Origin: Mustelus asterias
Taxonomy: Eukaryota
Reading direction: 5' to 3'
Assembly: GCF_964213995.1 (NCBI RefSeq)
Contig: NC_135805.1
Span: forward strand, 74,214,001 to 74,278,000
DNA length: 64,000 nucleotides
Position 1 is the stretch's first letter. Each line of letters begins with the position of its first letter. Below the pieces are notes generated by a model. That model saw nothing but the letters and a program-made list of their open reading frames with translations, was not told the DNA's origin and did not search any database. Position numbers and translations under genes: made by a program. Shown here piece by piece: positions 25,141 through 35,900 of this stretch.

Positions 25141-25966
25141 GTGAGGAGGGGTTTGAAATTACAGAGTGTGATTGCTGTCACCGGCCTGGAAATGAGTTGG
25201 AGCGAGTGTTTAACCTTTCTGCGTCGTTGCTGATGAGAGAAGAAGCAGAATGTGTGAATGTTTTTTATAAACCGGCGTGTGTCCTTGACTGGATTGGTTA
25301 TTGCTTATTAATTATCAGCTGGATCTATAACAGCTGGAATGACTGGAGTTCAGGAGCAGGGAAATATTAGGGAGAGGAAAGCTGCTGTCATCATGATCAG
25401 CTCCACTAATCCAAACCAGGATAAAACATCATGCCAAAGGGTAAACTGCATTCAACTCCTGTGCATGGAGTGTGGAAGCGGATTTAACATATCTCACCGT
25501 GCGAGTCAACATTCTCAGCAACTACTCTGATAAAGCCACAGTATTGCTTACAACTGCTGGAGAGAAACCTTCAATTAACATTAGAACATTTTACAAATCA
25601 TAAGGCGACATCTCAAAAGTGTTGCTCATGGAGTGAAACATCTCAGTTCGTTACAGAGTAAATGTTGGGCATCAAGTAGAAGGAGGTAAAACACCGTCAG
25701 AGAAAGTTTATAAAAATGATTTTGAAATTGGAGTGGGGATGTAGGGATGGACCAAAAGAATAGATGCCAGTGATGGAGTAGATGGCATCCATTACACGCA
25801 CATTTGCTTTTCAAAGATGCTGCACTTTATGTGAATGCAGTGTTAAATCTCTGCTCAGTAATACACATCCTTACTTAAACCTCCTTCAGCCATGCATCCT
25901 TGCACAAGAGACTTCCTTAGTTCCTTCTTTCTCTACTCCATCATTGGTAGCAGTTCTTTAAAAAAA

Positions 25967-26192
25967 TTTTTTTTAATATACTTTTCCAATTCAATCAAAT
26001 CAAGTCCAATTCAGAGTCTCAACAAGTTGAGACATTTCCGATCCAGGCTGACAAGACACGGCATGCAATCCTCTCTACCCTGTCTTGGGCCTGATCTACA
26101 TGAGCCAAGCTGATTGGAGTCGGCAGACGTCTCCGCCCCCCCCTCCCAGGTTTGATCTCATTTGCATCTTAGCCAAAAGGCCGAGATACCGC
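25967..26192 (-). mobile_element. Putative SINE/retrocopy with U2 snRNA-derived head and A-rich tail
   Basis: 26166-26186 rc = TCTCGGCCTTTTGGCTAAGAT (U2 nt 7-27); T8 at 25967-25974; tttaaaaa on both flanks; internal hairpins. Confidence 0.7.
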
Positions 26193-26588
26193 TTTTAAAA
26201 ATGGCCTCATATGAAACATATGAAGCTTAAATGCAACCCAATGGCTAATACCAGTTCTTCTGCCACAATGCTCAGCACTTTATCTCTCCAATTTAAAAAT
26301 CCTCTTCGTAATCTTTTTCCTTGACTGTGCGTTCACGCCTACCTCCTGCTTATACTCCTACCTGGATTGCAGTACTATGAGCCTTGCATGAAGTGTACGT
26401 GTCAGTGAATGTTGTTTGGAGTTTATGTTTAGTTGTGACTCCTTCGTCCTATCAGCCTATGCTGATGGTCAGTGTGCATCTACGTGAAGAAAGATTATGT
26501 GAATGAGGCGCCTTATGTTTCAATTACAATATAAATGACCCAAGGGTAACTGAATTGAAGCAACCATACTTCAGTTTGTGCCATTACT

Positions 26589-26890
26589 TAGAATCACAGA
26601 ATCCCTACAGTGCAGAAGGAGGCCATTCGGCCCATTGAATCTGCACTGGTAACAATCCCACCAAGCCCTATCTCCTTACCCCCACATATTTACCCTGATA
26701 CTAAGGAGCAATTTAGCATAGCCAATCAACCAAACCTGCATATCTTTGGACGGTGGGAGGAAACCAGAGTACTGGAGGAATCCCACGCAGATATGGGGAG
26801 AATGTGTAAACTGCAACAGGCAGTCACCCGAGGTCGGAATTGAATCCGGGTCCCTGGTGCTGTGAGCCAACAGTGTTAACCACTGTGCCT
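26589..26890 (-). mobile_element. V-SINE/HE1-like element, CR1-type tail
   Basis: tagaatcacagaatccctacagtgcagaaggaggcc ... gtgttaaccactgtgcc. Confidence 0.85.
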
Positions 26891-26894
26891 TCCC

Positions 26895-27990
26895 ACAGCA
26901 CCTTTCCATGTAATTGCAGAAAGTGCAACACCTGCCCCTTTCCCTCCTCCCTCCTCACTGTCCAAGGCCCCAAACACTCCTCTTAAGTGAAATGGCATTT
27001 CACTTGCACTGCCTTCAATTTGTCTACTGTATCCACTGCTCCCAATGTGGTCTCCTTTACATTGGGGCAACTAAATGCAGACTGGGTGACTGCTTTGCAG
27101 AACACCTTCACTCAGTCTGCAAGCATGGCCCCAACCATCCTGTCACTTGCCATTTCAACTCACCGTCTTGCTCTCATGACCAAATATGTGTCCTTGGCCA
27201 ACTTGGTCAGCACAGTGGTTATCTCTGCTGCCTCACTGCACCAGGGACCTGGGTTCGATTCCCGCCTTGGGTCTCTGTCTTTATAGAATCTGCATGTTCT
27301 CCCTCTGGATGCTCTGGTTTCCTCCCACAGTCCAAAAGATGTGCTGGTTAGGTGCATTGGGCTTGTTAAATTCCCCTTCAGTGTACCCAAACAGACACTG
27401 GAGTGTGGCAACTAGGGGATTTTCACAGTAACTTCATTGCAGTGTTAATGTAAGTCTACTTGTGACACTAATAAATAAACTTTTAACTGCAGTGTTCCAG
27501 TGAAACCCAACATGAACTGGAGGAAAAACACCTCATCATCCGATTTGGCACATTACAACCTTCTGGGCTCAACATTGAGTTCAACAACTTTATACTGTGA
27601 ACTTTCCCCTTGACCCCCTTTTTATTTGTATTTGTCCCAACACAACCTTCAACCCCGCCGGATCATCTGTCACTTTACCTTTTGTTTTGCTTTCACTGAG
27701 CACTGATCTTTGTCCTCTTATGAACACATTCTGCTTTCTTACCTTTATGCCAGTATCAGCACCTTCTTGGTCTCTTTGCTACTATTAACACTCCCTTTGT
27801 CTCGTGTCCATGACATCTTTGTTAATCTCTCTTTAGCTCCCACCTATCCCTGACCTTCTATTCTGATCCACCTTCTCCAACCCCCTTTCCACTGTATGAT
27901 CCATCACATTGCTACCACTCTTCAGCTCTGAAGAAGAGTCATATGGACTCAAAATGTTAACTCTGCATCTGCAGTCTTTTGCTTTTATGT
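26895..27990 (+). mobile_element. Older, distinct Penelope-like fragment (GIY-YIG) with nested type-B SINE (27205-27482)
   Basis: VYCIHCSQCGLLYIGATKCRLGDCFAEHL; decayed hammerhead ctgaaga a gagtc atatg gactc aaaatgtt at 27928-27958. Confidence 0.8.
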
Positions 27991-28568
27991 CACCTGAAAT
28001 GTTAGCTTGCCAGCATTATATTTAATTATCACTTGGACATCCTGCCTATTAATATCTGTGAAGCAGTTTGCAAAATGCGCCTACTCAAAGGTTTCAGAAT
28101 GAAGGATCCTGTTTTTAATAACTGCTAATGTCTAATTTTGTGACCAGCATTGCATTGCAATGCCCACTAAGATTAATAAATTTAAAATATTGCTTGTTCT
28201 ATTCATGTATTTAGTTGTAGCAAAGCACATGTTTTAATCTCAGCATGTCCGGCAGCATATTTCAGCAGAACCCATCAACCTGAAACATTGAAACTTTCCC
28301 TGTCTTACAGATGCTGCTAGACTTGCTCATTTATACCATTTTTGGTTTTTAATTCAGATTTCCAACATCTGCAGTATTTGCTTTTATATATTTAACCTAT
28401 TGCATTAAATGAATAAACAGCTGAGAAATTAAAAAATGAAAATTGCTGTCTACAATGAAGTTCCTGTTTTGATCAGTGTTTTATGCATAATTACATTTAT
28501 GTCAAATTGCCATATAATAAAATAAGGAGTCAAGAGATGTTAAATTTAAATTGATGCTTTTTTTGTAG

Positions 28569-28686
28569 GATGAGCAGTTTGCTTGTTTTAGGGACATTCG
28601 ACCTGGTGCACCCCATCATTATCTTGTTGTGCCAAGAAAACACATTGCAAATTGTAAATCTTTGAAGAAGGAGCACATATCGACAG
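28569..28686 (+). CDS. HINT3: HINT3 exon 2 (DEQFACFRDIRPGAPHHYLVVPRKHIANCKSLKKEHIST)
   Basis: ttttgtag| acceptor, G|gtgaga donor; HIT-family FxDIxPxAPxHxLVVP motif. Confidence 0.96.
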
Positions 28687-29625
28687 GTGAGATTGCATTC
28701 ACTTCATTCTTCAGATCATATTACAATGCTCTACTGCATCTTTTCTTAATTAAACCTGCTTGCAAAAGATTTACAAATGCGTTTCATGAACAGTCTTCAA
28801 AAACAAAATTCTTTAGATCAGTTACTGAAGGGCAAAAGACCAAGCTCAAATGCTGAAGAGTCGTTAGGTCCTAATTACAAATGATTCACTTGGTGGCATG
28901 TTTGCCTCCTGGTCACATCTGAGAGTCCAGTATTTCTTTCAGAAGTTTAAAATCTTAAAGCTGTATTAAAGTTCAGGTTCCAGCACAAGCTTCTGCTAGT
29001 ATCCTTGTCTTCTAAACCGCCTCTGTTGAACTGAGAGCACCCCAGGATATGGAGTAGTCTTGTATAAATGCCAACATTGACTTCTTTCTCGTGTAATATT
29101 TGACAAAATTATACCACAGTAGAGATATTTTTTATTCACACAGAATGAAGGACAGCTATATTTTGGTTAGAATTGTGGACAACCTATAGTTGCTATTTTA
29201 TTGTCTTCGGCATCCACTTTAAATCATAGTTAGCATGCATTGTGTGTGATGTTACACTGTCTTGTGCTATGTCAAAGGGGATTTATTGAATAAATTTCTA
29301 TTTGAAATACAAAGCAATCTTGTGTATTCCTTTGAATGGAATATCAGATTTCCACTGGTGGTTGTGTAATATTCTGCCCTATTATATTGCCATTATTGGT
29401 GTTCGCTCTATATTAGCAATTGAGAGGGGATGGATGGTTGGTGCTCTGCCATTTTAATCCATATCCTCATTTTGACAACACAGTTAACTACCTTAACATG
29501 TATACCGATCTATATTACAAGAGGCTCAGTAGTGGGGAGTGAGACATGGTAAGATACCCATAGATGGCCAGAATGCGATTGAAAGGCAGTTGGCAGTTAA
29601 AATGGGAAAGGACTATGTTCTAGAG

Positions 29626-30055
29626 CAATGCTTCCCAAACTTTTTTTCCACGTGTTATTCCATTTGAATGCCCCAGACTTTGCATTTCCCCAGAGTGAAA
29701 ATTTTGGGGGTACGAGAGTCATTGAGTGGGAGTGGGATAGCTTCAGTTGCTGAACAAGGTGACAGTGTGGGGGTGAAGGGTGAGAGGGTTGCAGCTGGGG
29801 TGTAAATTTGAGCATGGCAGGAAATGTTTAAACTTTTTTAAAAAACTATCTTTTCACAGCCTTTTTTTGCAGCAGAAATCAGACATCAAAGATCTGTCCA
29901 TTAGACCATCCCACCATTAGAAAAGAAACAAGAATTTAAAGGGGTTTACAGCTATTAGCATTTAGTCCAAGCTCCTCGTCAGCTATTGCTGCCTCAGACT
30001 TTGTCACCCCAGAATTTCATCTTGTGGGGTCATGAGCCCAATTTAAGAAGCCCTG
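29626..30055. mobile_element. Possible old hAT/Charlie-like non-autonomous DNA transposon
   Basis: Termini caatgcttcccaaac / atttaagaagccctg; flanks ttctagag and (a)ttctaaag resemble the NTCTAGAN target. Confidence 0.45.
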
Positions 30056-30220
30056 ATTCTAAAGAATGCAACCTAAATTGTAGTTTTAGACTCTCTGTTC
30101 CAATTTTACATGTTGGTCCCGATGTACATAAGTATGTTTATGACTCATCTACATGAGTCCTGATGTAAGCGATGCATCAGTGGTATGCTTTAATTTGTAA
30201 AATTCTATTTTAATAAATAG

Positions 30221-30290
30221 TTGAAAAAATGGTGAACATTGGAGAAAATGTACTACAACAAAACGGTATTGATGACCTGACAGATGTAAG
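30221..30290 (+). CDS. HINT3: HINT3 exon 3 (VEKMVNIGENVLQQNGIDDLTDVR)
   Basis: aaatag| acceptor, AG|gtatgt donor; phases 1 and 2 join exons 2 and 4 in frame. Confidence 0.92.
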
Positions 30291-30981
30291 GTATGTAGAG
30301 TACTCTACAAAACTAACTGGATGCTTGGTAACTGAATAATATTCTGCCTGTGAACTTTTCCAGTAATTTTCTGGAAAGCCATGTAGATGCTCAGACCAAT
30401 TAGAAATAACAAACTTCAACCTAGCATTCCCTCGTAAACTTTTAAGTGAATTAACAACATCCTTTAAAAAGGTATTTCAATATGGATTGTAATGGAGCAA
30501 TGTATAGTGCTTGAATTTTAATTGAATACAGCATTGTATTGCTGGGGGAAGCTGGCATGTAATTATTGTGAGGGTCATTATCTGAGTACATGTTGGTAGC
30601 AGGCATTGTGCTGCAATGTTCTAATCTACTGAAAACGATCCTCACTGTTTAAGCATGGTGAAAAGAACAGCAGGTTTTTATAACAAAACAATATTAAAAT
30701 GACACTCAAAATACACTACATCTCTTCACTTTCAATTTTACTGTAAACGGTTTGGTATGTTTCATATAACTTGGATTGAACTATTTTTACAGGTTAAGTA
30801 TTGTATGTGAAAATTACAATGAAGCTACAAAATTTAAAAAAAATTAAAATATGAACAAACTTAACATTTTGCAGGTTACATTGAACCTAATTCAGTTGTT
30901 TTTATGTAGCTTTGTTGCTGTGATGTGATTTTTGGGATTATTCTGATTGTACACTGTGTTGATTATAATATTTATTTACAG

Positions 30982-31108
30982 GCTGGGCTTTCACTGGCCC
31001 CCATTCTGCACAATAAATCATTTGCACTTGCATGTACTGGCTCCAGCTAGTCAGATGGGATTCATATCGAGAATGGTTTACAGAGCCAATTCCTACTGGT
31101 TCATTACA
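30982..31108 (+). CDS. HINT3: HINT3 exon 4 with histidine triad ([21 protein letters not shown]...NSYWFIT)
   Basis: HLHLH triad; tttacag| acceptor, ACA|gtaagt donor. Confidence 0.97.
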
Positions 31109-33897
31109 GTAAGTACTTTTCTTTCCCTTGTTGAAAAATGTTGTGATAGGTGAAAATATAAACAATTTGCATTGACTCCACTATGGCTTAGATAGAATAT
31201 TCACTCACAAACACTGGGCAGTAATACAGTTCCAATCCTTGGTCTGTCCTATAATGATGTTGGAGGTACTGATATTGGTTTCAACAGCCCAGGCTAGGAA
31301 GAGTATAAACAATAGATTATGTCTTCAGTTGCTATTGCATGACCCCTGCTGAAAAGTATATCTGTAAGGACTGCTACATTTTAGGCTTACTCCTAATTCT
31401 TTGGGGGAGATTTTATGGAGCCTGCAAGAGCAGAAAATATGGTGTGTGGTGACTTATTTAGGTAGAATGTGAAATCTCTATTTCTGATAGGTTGAGATGC
31501 AAAAATCAAGTCAACAGTGTGTTTGCCACATATGGGGCCTCACACTGGCCTGTGATGGCTTCATACTTGTAATATATTTGCATACCATGATACTCGTACA
31601 TTTACTTTCAAGACAAGCTCAATGGTGCTCAAGAATCTTGTGGCACTTGTTTGCATTTGTTTAACGGTGGTGAGAACCAGTTGGCTTTCTGCAGTTGTGT
31701 GTAAAGTGTGCAATTTTCCTTATTTAATTCTATTGCACAAGGGAGGGGAGCAAAAGAATGCTCACATGGAGGCTCGGGATTGAGTTGGTCTTGAGGGGGG
31801 CTGGTGGCATGGAAGAGGAATCAAGGGGAGAATAAAGGCTGGGATCAGAATCATGGAGGAGTGAAGTGTAATGTCCTGAGTATGGGAGGGAAAGGTGTGT
31901 GAGAGGGTGATGGAACTGTTGGTCATGGTAAGAAACGAGGGGCCTGACGGTCAGTGTCAATACTGACCAAATGTGGGTCCATCTCAGGGTATTGGCTGGC
32001 AGAGTCTTTGCAGAGCTGTATTGCCTATGGCATTTCAGTTATCCCTGTTGAAAATAATCTCAGACAATGTCATTTACAATACATAGACGGGAGGCGGGGG
32101 GGGAGGTGGTCAGCTGAGCATACAGGTTCAGCCACGTCCCATAGAATAGCAAATACAGCACTGGACATTCAATAAAGAGTGTACAAAAAAAATCATCCAC
32201 AAAATAGGAAATGCTCATAACTCCAGGTTTGACCAGGAGGCTCTTCTATAAACTGCCCGTAGCTGCAGCATTGTCAGGTTTCCTCACTGAAAAGCATCCT
32301 GCTCCGCATGAGCTCATGCGTCTCTGTGCATGCCACCAGTACTTGAAATTTTAATTGTAATTGTGTGGGAAATAAGGGAAAAAAACAAGGGAATAGAACT
32401 GGTGCATCCTTCTGGTTGGGAACGGCACACTGTTGACAAAATTTCCCTCTTTGATGTTTACTTCAAAAAACATAAGACTTATGTCAGCTTGTGGAAACTA
32501 AAATCTGAATCATAAATTTCTGCCATATAAAGGAAATGGCATGCTATAGTATAAATTGCTCTTTTATTGTGAATTAAAAATGGCTCTCCTGCAAACTCGA
32601 AGATTAAAACGCACACCCTGTCAGTCCACATTGTAAGAAAATAATTTCACAAATGACAATTACCAAATACTTTAAATTATCTCTAAAATAATCTTAGTCA
32701 CTTACAGCACAGAAGGAGGCTGTGTGGCCCATTGTGTCTTCACTGACTCTTTGAAAGAGGTGTCCAATTTAGCCCAAGACCCCAGCTTTTTTTCATAATC
32801 CTGGGCCAAGGGGAAGTGGATTTGGGTGCATGTGGGCAGTTAAATCCCCTCAGTGATGCAGACATGGCTAGATTTGAAGGTGACTGGAGAGGAGAGATGA
32901 ACAACATTTGTGGGGGATGATTGTGAGGTCCGTGTGCGAGAGGGAAATAGGATGACCGTGAATGTTGGCTGTTCAGATGGGGATGTGAGGAGGTACCTGG
33001 AGAGAAAAAAGAATTAATGGAGCTGCTAGGTGTGTTCTGAGGAGTGTTTTTCAGAGTCTACGAGGAAAGGACATTATAGAAGATCATGCTGGATCACTCT
33101 GGCCATTTTGACTGAAGTTGAACATTACCACCCCCCACTACACTATGCATAAATACGTGGATGAGCTGATTCAAGCATCAGATTTGTAGTCAATAACTTG
33201 GATCATTACATCAATCAACTCAATTGCAATTGTAAATATTCATCTCTGTCACGCTTTCATGATCAAACTTCTGCAAGAATCTGCTTTAACAAAAAATTGC
33301 AAAAATGAACAGTAGGCAAAGACGGTTAATCAGAATTCCTTGTATTTGTTCCATTTTGTACTTAAAAGTTAGATGGTCATATCTTGCCCTTTTAATGCCT
33401 ACATTATCATTGCTAATAAGTATAGATTGACCAAATTAAAGAACAAATGGATACAGGTAAATGCTATATTGGTATGTTCATATAGCCCCATATATATTCT
33501 TTAAATATATAGCATAGCTGGATGCAGAGCAAAACTACTTGTGACTCTGTCCAGCTTTGTATCTCCATACCCTTGTTGTGTCAATGTGATGTTTTCATTT
33601 ATTACACCAACCAGCCTTTTTTTTAAAGAAAGTTGCCAAATTAAACAGAATATTGGGTTGTTTTATTCTGCATGCTTACAGGGAACTGGACTGAAATTGC
33701 CCAAAATATTTTTACATAGAATCTGTAGAGGCAGTAGGCAGAGGAAACTTTCAAACCATCAATATCGGCTAAGGTTAAGATGATCTCCTGAAAGATTTAA
33801 TAAAAAAAACGCTGCTTCATCCAGTCTCAATTATAGATTGTGTTTTGCACACATTGTACCTGACTTACCACAATATGTATTTCTTCCTCACTTAAAG

Positions 33898-33942
33898 GTT
33901 GACCAGTTGATTAAAAAGCTAACATCTCTTCCGGATAATTGA
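33898..33942 (+). CDS. HINT3: HINT3 exon 5 (VDQLIKKLTSLPDN*)
   Basis: Pyrimidine tract then cttaaag| acceptor; TGA 33940-33942; total 516 nt = 171 aa; AATAAA at 34389. Confidence 0.85.
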   Translation, partial: VDQLIKKLTSLPDN

Positions 33943-34934
33943 GTGGTGGAAGCCGAATCCTTGCAGTTGAATTCCATTGCAGACGATTCCAGAAGTGACT
34001 TGATTTCAAGACTACAGTTGATCTTAACCTGCTCCAGCTTTTAATTTAGTCAATAAGAATTAATTTGTGTCCAATGTAATTGAAAAATGCCATTTAATGG
34101 ATTCCTCTTCTATAAAATCCAAAGTTTTTGATTTAAAAAGACCTGTAACTATCCTCTTAAACTGTTTAACAAAGACTGCAAAATTTCCATGTATGCAAGT
34201 CAAAGGCAATGATTTGTTAAACTTATTAGCATGCAATTAGTGGCATACCAATCAGTAAGGTTAACTGCAATGTAAAATCGGAAAGATTGAAGAACTTTAA
34301 TGGCGTAATGTTCATATGTAAGATTTTCTCTGAAATACTAAGTTTACATGAAAAATTTAATTGCATCAACATTAATGTAAAACATTTTAATAAATGTGTA
34401 AATATGTTTTCACTTGCAGCAGTAAAATATTTATCTTGTGTCTGAAAGATTGTTAGTACATTAGCATGTAATATACTGGTATATTAGTTTGGATCAGGAT
34501 TTTCAGAGACATTTTAACTATTGTATTCCTGACTGAATTGTTCTCGCCTTACAGAACTGAATATGAGAACAGACAAATTATTTTTTGCATGTAATTCAGA
34601 AAATGTACAATGCATTCTTACAGATGGTTGAGATAAAAATGAGTCACCGCTCTGCCATCATCTTGTGTTAATGACCAAATTGTTTGTTCTAACAGCATGA
34701 AAGATTTTATTAAATTGATGTTAATAAAATGGCAAAAATGTACAGTTGTAATTTACGCTCATTAACATTCATGCCATGACTTATAAGTGCATATAATAAT
34801 TTGAGTTGCTGGTAGTTCTCTATGCCATAGCCACTGTGTTTGCTTTTATAGCATGGGATTTTCTGATCCACTGTGCCTGTAATCACTAACTTTATTAACA
34901 AGTTGAAATCTGCTTTTCAGCTCAGATCCGAGAT

Positions 34935-35220
34935 TTTGACACTGTTGTCTCACAGCACCAGGGACCCGGGTTTGATTCCCAGTTTGGGTCACCGTCTGTG
35001 TGGAGTCTGCATGTTCTCCCCGTATCTGTGTGTGTTTCCTCCAGGTGCTCTGGTTTCCTCCCACAATCCAAAAGACTTGCTGGTTAGTTGCATTGACTAT
35101 GCTAAATTCTCCCTCAGTGTACCCGAACAGGCACCAGAGTGTGGCGACTGGGGGATTTTCACAGTAACTTCACTGCGGTGTTAATGTAAGCCTACTTGTG
35201 ACACTAATAAATAAACTCAA
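34935..35220 (+). mobile_element. V-SINE-like element, tail type B
   Basis: gggtttgattccc B box; ends cttgtgacactaataaataaact. Confidence 0.85.
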
Positions 35221-35394
35221 ACTTAAAAACTTCTGAAATGCTGGACATTAACATTCTGTTCTTGCTAATGTCGCAATCGTGCAACCTACAAGTCGTGCAT
35301 ATAATTAGTACCATTACCTGAACCTTTGAATGAAATCAAGGACCAACATCCAAGTCTGCCACCCTGAAACTGTATTGGCGCACCAACATCTAGT

Positions 35395-35900
35395 ACATAA
35401 GAAGACATAAGAACTAGGAGCCTGCTCCGCCATTCAATAAGATCATGGCTGATCTTTTCGTGGACTCAGCTCCACTTACTCGCCTGCTCACCATAACCCT
35501 TAATTAATTTACTGTTCAAAAATTTTATCTATCCTTGCCTTAAAAACATTCAATGAGGTAGCCTCAGTTGCTTCACTGGGCAGGGAATTCCAGAGATTCG
35601 CAACCCTTTGTGTGAAGAAGTTCCTCCTCAACTCAGTCCTAAATCTGCTCCCCCTTATTTTGAGGCCATGCCCCCTAGTTCTAGTTTTACCTGACAGTGG
35701 AAACAACTTCCCTGCTATCTTATCTATTTCCTTCATAATCTTACATGTTTCTAGAAGATCTCCCCTCATTCTTCTGAATTACAATGAGTATAGCCCCATT
35801 CTACTCAGTCTCTCCTCATAAGCCAACCCTCTCAACTCCGGAATCAACCTATTGAATCTCCTCTGCACCCCCTCAAGTGCCAGTATTTCCTTTCCCAAGT
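35395..35900 (-). mobile_element. CR1 LINE 3' fragment
   Basis: RGDLLETCKIMK...RTRGHGLKIRGSRFRTELRRNFFTQRV; acataaga tail. Confidence 0.9.

Noticed and set aside
26160-26192. Functional U2 snRNA gene
   Set aside because: Only ~21-28 nt match; branch-point recognition sequence and Sm site are absent
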